A stretch of DNA of 64,000 nucleotides from Candidatus Woesearchaeota archaeon CG10_big_fil_rev_8_21_14_0_10_37_12 (GCA_002762795.1 PCYA01000014.1:5632-69631), one strand, 5' to 3'. Counted from the first letter of the stretch, positions 10,580 to 21,009 are shown. Numbers and translations are program-made. The notes: generated from the letters alone by a model not told the origin.

Positions 10580-10852
10580 ATGACTTTTGATCTCATTAGT
10601 GTAATGGATGCTTCTGCTTCAATAGTTGATTTGGAGAGTAAGCTTAGAGGAGAGAAACAAGTTTTTAGGAGAAGAAAGCAGTTTCTAAAATGGCTTGAGA
10701 ACGAGTGGAAGAAAATAAAAAAACCAGTTCTTGAGGAAATTGCCAATACTGTTCTTGATTCTAAACCAGTACTTCCAACAGTAGTTGTTGATTTGCCTGA
10801 TGCACGCGCTATAGATTACACGGACTTATACACGGTTGGGAATGGCCAGTAG
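10580..10852 (+). CDS. Hypothetical protein
   Basis: 90-aa ATG ORF downstream of a TTTTTAAA TATA-like box. Confidence 0.5.
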   Translation: MTFDLISVMDASASIVDLESKLRGEKQVFRRRKQFLKWLENEWKKIKKPVLEEIANTVLDSKPVLPTVVVDLPDARAIDYTDLYTVGNGQ

Positions 10853-11001
10853 CTTTAAAACAGAAGGTAAAAACATTTCTGAAACATCAGGTAGACGGAA
10901 GAGGTTCTTCAAAGTCAGCCTGGTATTGTGAAGAAGGGTTTAAAAGTAATTTTGGAATAAAATGGATAACTGAATTAGAAGACCTTACAAACACTTCAAA
11001 G

Positions 11002-11496
11002 TTGGAGTCCTCTGGAAATGAGAATCCTCTTGATTTAATAGGCGATGCAAGAACAAGCCTTGTTGGTTTTGGATGCTACATTTTACTCAAATCAGAAGTT
11101 CTTAGAGGGAATGAGTCTTCAGATTTTGCTAGATTGCTTAGCAATGCACTTAGAGATCCTAGGTATCAAGATTTGGCAGTAAGGTACTCACATGAGAGTA
11201 GTCTTCCTGAGCCGTTTGGCTTAGAATTGGATTATTTGAATGATCGTTCATCTTTATTGAGTAAATTTTTATTTCATGGAGTTGCTACTGCTGCTGAAAG
11301 GTCATTGTGGACTGCAAATAAACTATTGGAAAGAGGAAAATCAGCTGTAGGCACAAGACACACAAGTTCAGCAAGAGTCAGATTGGAAATAGATTATTTG
11401 TGCGGTGCAAGTCACGTTCCTCAAATTGCTTACTTTTTAGAGTACCCTGATTATTCTTTTGATCATTTAGATGCATATCTCGAAGAGAGAAAATAA
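11002..11496 (+). CDS. Hypothetical protein, start uncertain
   Basis: 164-aa ORF with TTG start; an upstream ATG at 10962 is one base out of frame. Confidence 0.5.
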   Translation: MESSGNENPLDLIGDARTSLVGFGCYILLKSEVLRGNESSDFARLLSNALRDPRYQDLAVRYSHESSLPEPFGLELDYLNDRSSLLSKFLFHGVATAAERSLWTANKLLERGKSAVGTRHTSSARVRLEIDYLCGASHVPQIAYFLEYPDYSFDHLDAYLEERK

Positions 11497-11898
11497 TTAC
11501 AACCTCAAAATTTTATCCAATTCCTCTGCAACATCTTTCATTTCGTCCAAATACCTGTTCATGTCTTGTTGTAAGTCATGAACTAAATGCATAAGATTGT
11601 TTGATCGCATGACATATTTGTATCTGTCATGTATAACGATCCCTTTGTCCATTAATGTGTTTAAATGATGAATAACTGTTGCTCTTGTTAATCCTAATCG
11701 TTCTGCAAGTTCGTCGCTTGTTAATCCGCCTGTTATGCGCACTGCTTTCAATAATTCAATAAATATTCGAAAACAACTTCTGTCTCGATCTCGTTCGCCG
11801 AACAAGCCGAGTGCTTCTCCGAACCATTGGAGTTCTTCATTAAGTGTGTATTCTACTGGCTTCCTGATATTGACAATCGTTATTCTTCTTATCCTCAT
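11497..11898 (-). CDS. ArsR-like winged-helix regulator
   Basis: 'LTSDELAERLGLTRATVIHHLNTLMDKGIV'. Confidence 0.8.
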   Translation of the reverse strand: MRIRRITIVNIRKPVEYTLNEELQWFGEALGLFGERDRDRSCFRIFIELLKAVRITGGLTSDELAERLGLTRATVIHHLNTLMDKGIVIHDRYKYVMRSNNLMHLVHDLQQDMNRYLDEMKDVAEELDKILRL

Positions 11899-11932
11899 AA
11901 AACCTCGATTGTGTATCTATTACTTCAAACCA

Positions 11933-12280
11933 CTAACCCATATATGTTGGAGCTCGTGTTGTTTGTTTTTCTTGCGCAAGTTTCTTTTGTTTCTTTTCTG
12001 CTTTGTCTAATGGTTTTGGTTTTTGTACTTTTCCAAATTCTTTTTCATATTTGTCTACGACATTACCGAGAATTCCTATGAGCATTTTTGCGTGCCATGG
12101 TTCCAGCATGACCACATTGTGTTTTAGCTGGAAGCTTGGTTTTTTGCTTCTTGGATCTGTTCGTGGCGTAATGCATTTAAAGTCCATTGTGAGTTGCGTT
12201 GGTGTAAAGTTTACTGTTACTTCATGCGCAAAGAATGCATCGCCTTCCACTATATTGATGTTAATTGGTTCATCTGACAT
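11933..12280 (-). CDS. DUF3467-like protein
   Basis: 'FFAHEVTVNFTPTQLTMDF...VMLEPWHAK...YEKEFGKV'. Confidence 0.7.
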   Translation of the reverse strand: MSDEPININIVEGDAFFAHEVTVNFTPTQLTMDFKCITPRTDPRSKKPSFQLKHNVVMLEPWHAKMLIGILGNVVDKYEKEFGKVQKPKPLDKAEKKQKKLAQEKQTTRAPTYMG

Positions 12281-12407
12281 ATCGTCACCTCAAAAGCTGC
12301 AAAGTATAAAGAATTTATAAACATTCCGATTTTTAGCGAAAACTTTATATAGAAGTATCATTCTGAAACGACTTAGTTGACGTAAGATCAACAATTATGG
12401 TGAGTGT

Positions 12408-12944
12408 ATGAGTGAGAAAAAAACCCATGACAACAAAACTAAGGAAAAAGAAGTTCCTGAGATTGAAAGATTAAAACTACAAATTGCTGAAAGAGAAACA
12501 AAAATTCAGGATTATACAAACCATTTAAAACGATTACAAGCAGAATTTGAAAATTATTGCAAACGAGTAGAGAAAGAACGCAAAGAATTCATGGGTTTAG
12601 CAACAGAAAGAGTAATTGTACGTTTATTGTTGATCATTGATGACTTTGAACGTGCATTACAGCAATTAAATGATTTGCCTGAGCAAACAAGCAAAGGTGT
12701 TGAAATGATTTTCAAAAACTTGCACAAAGTACTTGATGAAGAACAAGTTATGCCAATAAAGTCTGTTGGTGAGAAATTCGATCCGTATAAACATGAAGTA
12801 TTGTTGCAGGTTGAAAGCGAAGAGCCTGAAAATATAATTTTAGAAGAATTGCAAAAAGGTTACACAATGAATGGTAAAGTTATCAGATATGCAAAAGTTA
12901 AGGTGAGCAAGGGAAAACAAGAAGAGGTAACACAAAATGACTGA
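12408..12944 (+). CDS. grpE: Nucleotide exchange factor GrpE
   Basis: 'RLQAEFENYCKR', 'FDPYKHE', 'QKGYTMNGKVIRYAKVKV'. Confidence 0.95.
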   Translation: MSEKKTHDNKTKEKEVPEIERLKLQIAERETKIQDYTNHLKRLQAEFENYCKRVEKERKEFMGLATERVIVRLLLIIDDFERALQQLNDLPEQTSKGVEMIFKNLHKVLDEEQVMPIKSVGEKFDPYKHEVLLQVESEEPENIILEELQKGYTMNGKVIRYAKVKVSKGKQEEVTQND

Positions 12945-13239
12945 AGGAAAAAAAGAAAAAATATTCACTAATAATGATGAAACATGTTCAGAAGAACTAG
13001 CAAAAGAATTTGTAGAAAAATACAGAGAATGCTTCAAAGCATACAAAATAATACATGACGGAGTAAGAACAAAAATCCAATACGAAGTTAATGAAAATGC
13101 GTTTTGCAGTATGCAACCTTGTGTTGATTTTTTCACTCAGAGAGTTACACGCCCAGACAATACCCAAATGTTAATGTGCGAAAAACACGCTCAAGAATTT
13201 GAAACTAAAACAGGATGCAGAGCAGAACTACTTTGGTAA
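12937..13239 (+). CDS. Hypothetical Cys-containing protein inside the chaperone operon
   Basis: 100 aa, overlaps the grpE stop, GAGG RBS, CxxxxC and CxxH motifs. Confidence 0.6.
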   Translation: MTEGKKEKIFTNNDETCSEELAKEFVEKYRECFKAYKIIHDGVRTKIQYEVNENAFCSMQPCVDFFTQRVTRPDNTQMLMCEKHAQEFETKTGCRAELLW

Positions 13240-13300
13240 TACAAAAGTCAAGGTAAGAAGGGGAAACAAGAATTTGAAAATGCAAATGGAGGAAAGAAAA

Positions 13301-13624
13301 ATGAGTGAAGTAACATCAGTAACAGGGTTAAAGATTGGAGGAATAGTTAAAGAAAATGAATCTGTTGGCATGCATATCGAAATGCCAAAAAAGCCAGGAG
13401 TTGGAGTACACATAAACATAAACGACCAAATAATTGATAATAAAGTAAAAAAGATTATGGAGTCTATTCCAAATATTCCTGAGACTGAAAAAATTCTAGA
13501 AAAAGCAAAAGAAGTTTTAGACGAAAAAGAATCGGAGTTGAAAATCAATAAATTTGCGAAATTCAAAGAATTTTGTTCAACTGTAAAAGACGTTGCAGTC
13601 ATTGCTGCAACCATTTTCAGATAG
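13301..13624 (+). CDS. Hypothetical protein inside the chaperone operon
   Basis: ATG at 13301 after GGAGG. Confidence 0.6.
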   Translation: MSEVTSVTGLKIGGIVKENESVGMHIEMPKKPGVGVHININDQIIDNKVKKIMESIPNIPETEKILEKAKEVLDEKESELKINKFAKFKEFCSTVKDVAVIAATIFR

Positions 13625-13651
13625 GAAATAAAATAGTGGAGGGAAAACAAA

Positions 13652-15493
13652 ATGACTAAAGAAAAAATAATTGGAATTGATCTAGGAACAAGTAATTCAG
13701 CAGCAGCAGTGTTAGAGGCAGGCAGGCCAAGGATTGTTCCTTCTGCCGAAGGAGCATCCATGTACGGTAAAGCTTTTCCTTCGTTTGTTGCATTTACAAA
13801 AGATGGTCAAATTTTAGTAGGAGAGCCTGCAAGACGACAGGCTGTTTCAAATCCTAAAGGCACAGTCTATGCTACTAAAAGAAAGATTGGTACAAATTTT
13901 AAGTACAGCATTTACGGCAAAGAATATACACCGCAGCAAATTTCTGCTTTTATTTTGCAAAAAATCAAGCGTGATGCTGAAGCGTTTACTGGTGAGAAAA
14001 TCAACAAAGCAGTAATCACTGTTCCTGCATATTTTGATGACAACCAACGTCAAGCTACAAAAGATGCAGGAACTATTGCTGGTTTGGAAGTTGTAAGAAT
14101 TATTAATGAGCCAACAGCCGCCGCATTAGCGTATGGTCTTGATAAAACTGACAAACAGCAAAAAATCTTAGTGTTTGACCTTGGCGGTGGAACATTAGAT
14201 GTTACAATCATGGATTTCGGCGAAGGTGTTTTTGAAGTTGTTTCAACTTCAGGAGATACACAACTCGGCGGAACTGACATGGACAATGCAGTAATTAATT
14301 ACATAATTGATGAATTTAAGAAAACAGAAAATCTTGATTTGAATGATGATGAGGTTGCAATGCAGCGTGTTCGTGAAGCTGCTGAAAAGGCAAAGATTGA
14401 ATTGAGTACGGTTTTAGAAACTGAAATTAATTTGCCGTTTATTGCTTCTACATCTGCTGGTCCTAAAAATTTGCAGATGAAATTAACTCGCGCGCAGCTT
14501 GAAAAGCTCGTTGATGACCTTGTAAACAAATGCAAGAAAAGTGTTGATGCGACATTAAGTGATGCAAAGTTAACAAAAGACGATATTTACAAAGTTATTC
14601 TTGTTGGCGGTCCGACAAGAATGCCTGTTGTACAAAAACGTGTTGAAGATTGGCTTGGCAGTAAAGTCGAACGTGGTGTTGATCCTATGGAAGCTGTTGC
14701 TATGGGTGCCAGTGTTCAAGCTGGTGTTCTTGCAGGTGAAGTGAAAGATGTGTTGTTGCTTGATGTAACTCCTTTAAGTTTAGGCATCGAAACACTTGGT
14801 GGCGTTTTTACGAAGGTGATTGATAGGAACACAACTATTCCTGCTAAGAAAGGCCAGGTATTCAGCACAGCTGCAGATAATCAGCCTGCTGTTACGATTA
14901 GAATCGCACAAGGCGAACGTCCAATGTTCAATGATAATAAAACACTTGGACAATTCGATCTAGTAGACATACCTCCGGCACCTCGCGGTGTGCCCCAAAT
15001 CGAGGTCACGTTTGATATTGACGCAAACGGCATATTAAACGTGACCGCAAAAGATTTGGGAACCAGTAAGCAGCAAAGCATTAGCATCACTGCACCAAAT
15101 AAACTTGATGAGGCTGAAGTTGAGCGTATGAAGAAAGAAGCTGAACAGTTTGCAGAGCAGGACAAAAAGCGCAAGGATGAAGTTGAGACGATTAATCAAG
15201 CAGACAGTCTTGTGAATACTGCTGAAAAACAGTTGAAAGATTTTGAAGGCAAGGTTAAGGAAGAAGAGATTAAGCAGATCAAGGATAAAATTGAAGATCT
15301 GAAAAAATTGCTGGCTGCTTCACCAAGAGATTTTGTTACGATTAAGAAAAAGCTTGATGAAACAAACGAGGTTTTTCATAAAGCAGCAACAGAGCTTTAC
15401 CAAAAAGCAGCTGCTCAACAACAGCAAGCGCAGGAAAAAACCACAAAGGATAAAAAGCATCAAGATGATGTAGTTGATGGTGAGAAAGCATAA
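13652..15493 (+). CDS. dnaK: Chaperone DnaK (Hsp70)
   Basis: '[11 protein letters not shown]', 'TVPAYF', 'DLGGGT', '[16 protein letters not shown]'. Confidence 0.98.
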   Translation: MTKEKIIGIDLGTSNSAAAVLEAGRPRIVPSAEGASMYGKAFPSFVAFTKDGQILVGEPARRQAVSNPKGTVYATKRKIGTNFKYSIYGKEYTPQQISAFILQKIKRDAEAFTGEKINKAVITVPAYFDDNQRQATKDAGTIAGLEVVRIINEPTAAALAYGLDKTDKQQKILVFDLGGGTLDVTIMDFGEGVFEVVSTSGDTQLGGTDMDNAVINYIIDEFKKTENLDLNDDEVAMQRVREAAEKAKIELSTVLETEINLPFIASTSAGPKNLQMKLTRAQLEKLVDDLVNKCKKSVDATLSDAKLTKDDIYKVILVGGPTRMPVVQKRVEDWLGSKVERGVDPMEAVAMGASVQAGVLAGEVKDVLLLDVTPLSLGIETLGGVFTKVIDRNTTIPAKKGQVFSTAADNQPAVTIRIAQGERPMFNDNKTLGQFDLVDIPPAPRGVPQIEVTFDIDANGILNVTAKDLGTSKQQSISITAPNKLDEAEVERMKKEAEQFAEQDKKRKDEVETINQADSLVNTAEKQLKDFEGKVKEEEIKQIKDKIEDLKKLLAASPRDFVTIKKKLDETNEVFHKAATELYQKAAAQQQQAQEKTTKDKKHQDDVVDGEKA

Positions 15494-15651
15494 TGGAATT
15501 TGAGGTGATTGGTTACATTGCAATTGGGATCTTGCTTGGTTATGCAGCTCTGCGAATGTTAGCAGCTCGTACAATAAAGCGCAATATTGACGCTGAGTTT
15601 GAGGAAGTGTTAACAAGTGATGAGAGTAAAGTAAAGGGCAGATATGAGTAA
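15493..15651 (+). CDS. Small single-TM protein (52 aa), absent from the ORF track
   Basis: [52 protein letters not shown]; overlaps the dnaK stop and the dnaJ start. Confidence 0.7.
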   Translation: MEFEVIGYIAIGILLGYAALRMLAARTIKRNIDAEFEEVLTSDESKVKGRYE

Positions 15652-16705
15652 GGATTACTACAAAGTTTTGGGCGTTGACAAAAACGCAAGTATTGAAGAT
15701 ATCAAGAAAGCATATAAGAAGCTCGCAAAGCAATACCATCCTGATGTAAATAAGGATTCTGGTGCTACAGAAAAGTTTAAAGAAATCAGCGAAGCTGCTG
15801 CTGTACTTGGAGATGCTCAAAAACGCCAACAATACGATCAGTTTGGCAGTGATGCCTCGCAACAATTTTCTGGTGCTGATTTTAGTGATTTCATGTCTGG
15901 CGGATTTAATGATATTTTTGAGAACATTTTTAGCGGAGGTTTTAGTGGTTTTGGACGGCAAAGAAAAAGGCCTGGCAGAGATTTAATTGCAGAAATTACT
16001 ATTTCTTTGAATGAAGTTGCAACAGGCACAACAAAACAATTGCAGTTTCAAAGATTAACAACCTGCAAGGCTTGTCATGGCAAGGGTGGCAGTCATTTCA
16101 AGACGTGTGAGAAGTGCAATGGTCAAGGCAGAGTACAGCATGCAAAGCGCACTCCTTTTGGTGTGTTTGCTACCACAACAACCTGCAAAGAGTGTGCTGG
16201 TGAAGGCGAAACTCCTGAAAATGTATGCACTGATTGCGATGGTGAAGGAAGAATTGTAACACGAGATCCTATTAAAGTAAAAATTCCTGCAGGAGTTCAA
16301 GATAGAATGAAAGTTCGCATTGAAGGTGAAGGTGAAGCTGGAGAGTCTGGAACGCATGCTGGTGATTTGTATGTTATTGTGAATGTTGCTGCTGATGATC
16401 GTTTTGTTCGCGATGGAAGTGATTTGCGCATTGAACATCCTATTACTTTTCCAATGGCTTGTTTAGGCGGTGAAACTGAAGTTGAAACTTTGCATGGAAA
16501 GAAAAAGCTTGACATTCCTGCCAGTACGCAAAACAATAGCGAATTACATTTGAAAGGTGAAGGTCTGCCTGACTTACGCAGCAGACATGTTGGTGATTTA
16601 GTGATTAAATTAGTTGTTGATGTTCCTACGAAATTAACAAAAAAACAAAAAGAATTGTTGCAAGAATTTGAAAAGGCCGGTGGAAAGAAGTGGGGATTGT
16701 TTTGA
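15644..16705 (+). CDS. dnaJ: Chaperone DnaJ
   Basis: J domain with HPD, four CxxCxGxG repeats. Confidence 0.98.
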   Translation: MSKDYYKVLGVDKNASIEDIKKAYKKLAKQYHPDVNKDSGATEKFKEISEAAAVLGDAQKRQQYDQFGSDASQQFSGADFSDFMSGGFNDIFENIFSGGFSGFGRQRKRPGRDLIAEITISLNEVATGTTKQLQFQRLTTCKACHGKGGSHFKTCEKCNGQGRVQHAKRTPFGVFATTTTCKECAGEGETPENVCTDCDGEGRIVTRDPIKVKIPAGVQDRMKVRIEGEGEAGESGTHAGDLYVIVNVAADDRFVRDGSDLRIEHPITFPMACLGGETEVETLHGKKKLDIPASTQNNSELHLKGEGLPDLRSRHVGDLVIKLVVDVPTKLTKKQKELLQEFEKAGGKKWGLF

Positions 16706-17443
16706 GTGGAAGTTGTTCTCTATATGGCAATGTCTGTTAATGGAATGATTGCTGATGAGAGCTGCAATGAAGATTTTCTTTCTGATGTTAACTGGAAAAC
16801 GCTGATAGATCTTTCAGAAAAATATGGAGGGTTTATTATTGGCAGAAAAACGTATGACGCTGTCAAGAACCACCGGTGATCGCTCCTTCGTCGCTCAACA
16901 CCAGTGGCATGACTGTTCAGAAAATTATAAGAAAAATATGACCAGTGGTTCCCAAGAAAATCCAGAGGATTTTCTGGGCCAGAAAATGCTTTGCATTTTC
17001 TTGGCTTGATCATGCTCGGAATACCGCTCGCTTCAGTAAACCACTCGTGATAAACACGAGTGGCATTCCGACATGTAAAAAAATGGGGAACTCCGAGCTT
17101 TGAGGATGTTCCTGGAATTAAAATTGTTGTTTCAAAAAATAAAAATCTAAATTTGCCTGAGAGTTACATAGTTGCAACAAGCCCTGATGATGCGCTGGTA
17201 AAAGCAGAAAGTGCAGGTTTGAAAAGTGTTCTGCTTACAGGCGGTTCAATGTTAAACAGTGAGTTTATGAAGAAAAATCTGATTGATGAGATTGCTCTTA
17301 ATATTGAGCCTGTTTTAATTGGAAAAGGTGTGCCTTTATTTGGAGAAAGTTCTTTTGAAAAAAAACTCAAGTTAATTGAAGTTAAAAAGATAGAAAAAGA
17401 TATTTTGCAATTAAAGTATAAAGTAAGAAAGAAATATGATTAA
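16706..17443 (+). pseudogene. Dihydrofolate reductase/RibD C-terminal family gene interrupted by a 213-bp palindromic element
   Basis: 5' half MEVVLYMAMSVNGMIA...IIGRKTYDA joins 3' half VKKWG...TGGSMLNSEFMKKNLIDEIALNIEPVLIGKGVPLF when 16861-17073 is removed, giving 174 aa. Confidence 0.9.
16861..17073. mobile_element. Palindromic element type C (213 bp) with a nested 54-bp double hairpin at 16952-17005
   Basis: TGTCAAGAACCAC...GTGGTTC[54]TTGA TCATGC TCGGAAT...ATTCCGACA. Confidence 0.9.
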
Positions 17444-17500
17444 CTTTTCACAACTTTTTTATACTTGTAGAAAGTCCGAATAGCTGTTAAATTAAAATCG

Positions 17501-17601
17501 CGCCGCCGCTGGGATTTGAACCCAGATATCGCTGGCTGCGAATACGGTGATCTGACCGCAAACGCTTTCAGACCGTTGTCATACCTTTAGACTACGGCGG
17601 C
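17501..17601 (-). tRNA. Intron-containing tRNA; canonical splicing gives anticodon GAA (Phe), but it has a long variable arm and G73
   Basis: GCCGCCG/CGGCGGC acceptor, GTC/GAC D stem, ACGGT/ACCGT anticodon stem, CTGGG-TTCAAAT-CCCAG T arm. 16-nt intron at 17550-17565 with a CTGA/TCAG helix and ATC bulge. Confidence 0.8.
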
Positions 17602-17716
17602 GCTTATTTTTCTTAATGCGTTACTTATTAAGAAGCCTTGCGGCAGAAATCACGTAAATTTTCCGACGAGTTTCGTAATCATTTCAGAGATTTTGGTTTT
17701 TTCCGAAAATAATTTT

Positions 17717-18250
17717 TTAGAAATCTAATTTTTTGTATCCGAACCGTGCTAAATCATTGATAATATTCATGTAGCTTTTTCCGCAGAGCATTCCGCCTGC
17801 TGTGAATTTTTCTTGTGTTACGTTTGCTAAGCAGAAGTCTGGCATTTGAAAGTTGTTTTTGTCTTCTTCTTTTTCAAATTCAAAATCTACTAAAACAAGG
17901 CCTTTCAAATCTCCTTGAAATATATCTACTTCTGCTATTCGCCCTTGATATTCATAGCAATATCTGATTTTGTGTACTTTTTTCCCTTCAAGTTTAAAGA
18001 ATGCGTCAAATTCTTCTTTTGTTAATGGAATTGTGTGTTCGTGTTGTGCTGATGCATCTCCTTCTTTTACTGGATATTTTTTGGTCATTTCGTATTTATC
18101 GCCATTTTTTCGCAGTCGTAGAACTGGATGATTGCTTTCTTTTGGGTAATACACATCTATGATTTCTTTTGATTTGCATCCTGTTAAATCTGGCAATATT
18201 TTTGCAAGGAATGTTTTTTCGAGTTCTATCATTATAATAAGCGGAGCCAT
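17717..18250 (-). CDS. CYTH/triphosphate tunnel metalloenzyme
   Basis: 'IELEKTFL', 'LRLRK', 'KIRY', 'EVDIF', 'VDFEF'. Confidence 0.85.
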   Translation of the reverse strand: MAPLIIMIELEKTFLAKILPDLTGCKSKEIIDVYYPKESNHPVLRLRKNGDKYEMTKKYPVKEGDASAQHEHTIPLTKEEFDAFFKLEGKKVHKIRYCYEYQGRIAEVDIFQGDLKGLVLVDFEFEKEEDKNNFQMPDFCLANVTQEKFTAGGMLCGKSYMNIINDLARFGYKKLDF

Positions 18251-18295
18251 TTGCTTTTTATCTTTTGCTGTGCTTGATAAGATACTTACAGAAAA

Positions 18296-19069
18296 TCATT
18301 TCCCTAAAATGTGATCTTTTGCTCGTCTTTGATATGCTCTCATGTTCCTCAAGTCTTCTTCAGCAGGTGGGTTTCGTGAAAGATATTGATGGCCCTCTAT
18401 TAAATCAACATTTAGAATTGGTCTGACAAGGAAGTATCCTCCATCGTAAATATCTTCTGGAGTTATGTTGTCATTTTGTGGCCAGGAATACGTAAATGGT
18501 TGTGCAAATCTTCCTCTGCGAAAGTATTCTCCTGTTCCTTCAAGGATTATTTTTTCTCCGAGCGTTTTTGGTGGTGGTAGTCCTAGTTTTTCTCGGCGAA
18601 GATCGTCCCAGAAATGTCCTAGTTCGTGTCTTATTATTTCATCAAGTTGATGTTTCCAGTCAGGTGCTGTTGTTGCTTCTGTTGGCGGAATAATTAATGT
18701 GTCTATGTCAGGAGCGTACATTCCAGAATCGTCTCCTGTGTGAGATGCTATAAAAAGAACGCCTGGAGATCGTGCATATTTTATTCGGAAATATTTTTCT
18801 TGTTCTTTCATGATTCGGGGAATTGCTTCTGTAACATGAGGTTCTACCTGCTGTCGATGTAAGTTTAATATCTGTTGAAGGTTTTCGTTACGGCCTCTGT
18901 TTTCAAGAGAAATAAGGGAGTTTTTGTATTCTGCGCGTAGAAAAGCTGCTGCAGCAATTAAAACCATGTATGCTGCAAGTCGTCCTGCTCCGAATTTTGC
19001 TTTGTTCACAAGCTCACCAGTTATCGTTTCGATTACTTGCTTATATATTTTACTAAAATTACCACTCAA
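18296..19069 (-). CDS. Membrane-anchored putative zincin metallopeptidase
   Basis: N-terminal TM, 'IIRHELGH' HExxH followed by 'LEGTGEY'. Confidence 0.6.
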   Translation of the reverse strand: MSGNFSKIYKQVIETITGELVNKAKFGAGRLAAYMVLIAAAAFLRAEYKNSLISLENRGRNENLQQILNLHRQQVEPHVTEAIPRIMKEQEKYFRIKYARSPGVLFIASHTGDDSGMYAPDIDTLIIPPTEATTAPDWKHQLDEIIRHELGHFWDDLRREKLGLPPPKTLGEKIILEGTGEYFRRGRFAQPFTYSWPQNDNITPEDIYDGGYFLVRPILNVDLIEGHQYLSRNPPAEEDLRNMRAYQRRAKDHILGK

Positions 19070-19135
19070 AAGTAGTTTAAAGTGCTGATTTGTTTAACAG
19101 TTACCTTTTTAGCATGCTTTTTATAACCAAAACCC

Positions 19136-19966
19136 ATGTTAGAAGATATGGTTTGGCGTGTTTTGCCGTTAGAAGAGCGGAGTCCGTTTGTGATTGCTGC
19201 AATGGAAGAAGTTTTGTTAGAAACTGCTGCAGATAAGAACATAAATACAATTGTGTTTCATGAGTGGCCAGCTTCTTTTTCGCTTCCAATGGCTCAAACA
19301 TTGGCTGATTTGAATTTTGAGCGTTGTCAAAGAAAAGGTTTGCCAATTGTGCAGACAACTGTTGGCGGAAGAGCTGTTTATCATGATAAAGATTATTGTT
19401 TGTCTTATTGTGTTGCAATAAACAAAGATACTTTACCTGAAAAAGTATTTAATGATAACACAAAGTTGTATCATTTTTTGCTCGAACGTGTCGTGCGTGG
19501 TTTAAACGCGTTAAATATTCCTGCAGAAACAGTCAATAATCATTATGTTCGTGTTGGTGATAAAAAAATTTCGGGTAATGCAATGAAAAAAATTCAGGGT
19601 GGTATTGTATTGCATGGTTCTTTGTTGTTCGACATTCCTGACGTTGATGGTTACGTATCAAGAATGTTAGACTTCACAAATACGCGTGGTGAAAGAAATG
19701 GTTGGCACAGAGATATTGCACAATTGTTATCTTGTGTTCGCTGGCATAACCAAACAGTTTCTCGTGAACAAGCATGTGCTGCAATTGCTCGTGCGTTTGG
19801 TGCTGATTATTCTGTCAGAGGTTCCTTAATTGCTGATGAAGAGACTAAAATACGTGAATTATCGCGAGGCAAGTATGCAAAACTGGAAGAGTATTCTGGG
19901 CAGCAAGAGCGTGGTTTGTGCTGGAGAAAGTATGGCGTTTCTCCTGAAGAGACAAGAGGACGTTAA
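19136..19966 (+). CDS. Lipoate-protein ligase A family protein
   Basis: 'VGGRAVYHD', 'DKKISGNA', 'LHGSLL'. Confidence 0.8.
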   Translation: MLEDMVWRVLPLEERSPFVIAAMEEVLLETAADKNINTIVFHEWPASFSLPMAQTLADLNFERCQRKGLPIVQTTVGGRAVYHDKDYCLSYCVAINKDTLPEKVFNDNTKLYHFLLERVVRGLNALNIPAETVNNHYVRVGDKKISGNAMKKIQGGIVLHGSLLFDIPDVDGYVSRMLDFTNTRGERNGWHRDIAQLLSCVRWHNQTVSREQACAAIARAFGADYSVRGSLIADEETKIRELSRGKYAKLEEYSGQQERGLCWRKYGVSPEETRGR

Positions 19967-21009
19967 TTTTTAATATTTATGTCACCTGGAAAGTGTTGTG
20001 TTTTGTGAAGATCCAATGCAAGGTGGTAACTATAATCGCGTATTGATTCTCCAAATTGTTCTTTCATTTTGGTTAGTATGTTAAGAAATTCATTAAAACC
20101 TGGGCATTCGACGTTAAATTCAAAATCGCTTCCCCCAATTGAGCGCAAAGATTTTACAATATATTGATTTGATTTAATGAATGTGTTTAAAGCTGTAAGT
20201 TCTTCAAGCTTTTCTAAGTTAACATTTACTTTATAATGATGATATCCTAGTGCATCAAGGTTTAGGGCTGCACGGTAGCGTACAATAATTTTTTTCTGTT
20301 CTAATTGTTTAATGCGGTAACTTACTGCTTTTGATGTAAGTTTTATTTTGTTTGCAAGCTCTATGAGAGAACAGCGCGCGCTTCGATACAGCAATTCAAG
20401 CAGTTGCAAATCTATTTTGTCAAGTTTTTCTGGTTTCGATAATCCTGTCACATCTACTAAATGTTTTAATTGTTTGCCTTCATAAAAGTGATGTCGTCTA
20501 AATCTGTATTCTTCTGTAATAATTGCTATTTCTTTGCGCTGAATATGTGGTCTGAATTTTTTTTCAAATGCAAGCCAAGTTTTGTCAAAGTCTTCGTGTG
20601 TTTTTACCCAGAGCATAAAAACAAAGTTCCAGTCGCCTTCTATGCGTGCTAGGTTACGAACGTTGTTCAGTTGCGAAATGTAGTTTATCATTTCTTTTTC
20701 TTTTTCAGAAGAAATATTTTGGAATTTAAGATAAACACGAACAGTGAAATATCCTAACTTCGAAGGATCAAGAACTGCATAAAATCTGCGAATGACTCCT
20801 TTTTCGATTAGTCTGTTAATACGATAAATTACTACGTCCTTGCTTAAACCGACACTTTTTGCTATTTGCAAATATGTTTGTCTCGCGTCAGTGTCTAACT
20901 CATACAGAATCTTGCGATCCTTTAAGTCGAGATGTACAATTTCTGTCATCATTCTAAGAATATCTGTAGTTTTGAATATAAAAAGGTTCTCTTTTTTCTT
21001 AGAGTTCAA
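19963..21009 (-). CDS. Tandem double-domain Lrp/AsnC regulator
   Basis: Two 'LD..D..IL..L...AR' HTH units; likely start ~20950. Confidence 0.85.
   Translation of the reverse strand: MNSKKKENLFIFKTTDILRMMTEIVHLDLKDRKILYELDTDARQTYLQIAKSVGLSKDVVIYRINRLIEKGVIRRFYAVLDPSKLGYFTVRVYLKFQNISSEKEKEMINYISQLNNVRNLARIEGDWNFVFMLWVKTHEDFDKTWLAFEKKFRPHIQRKEIAIITEEYRFRRHHFYEGKQLKHLVDVTGLSKPEKLDKIDLQLLELLYRSARCSLIELANKIKLTSKAVSYRIKQLEQKKIIVRYRAALNLDALGYHHYKVNVNLEKLEELTALNTFIKSNQYIVKSLRSIGGSDFEFNVECPGFNEFLNILTKMKEQFGESIRDYSYHLALDLHKTQHFPGDINIKN

Noticed and set aside
12376-12392. CIRCE element upstream of grpE
   Set aside because: GTTGA-N7-TCAAC does not match TTAGCACTC-N9-GAGTGCTAA and is short enough to occur by chance.
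17499-17603. Selenocysteine tRNA
   Set aside because: There is no UCA in a valid anticodon loop, the T stem is 5 bp and the D stem is short.
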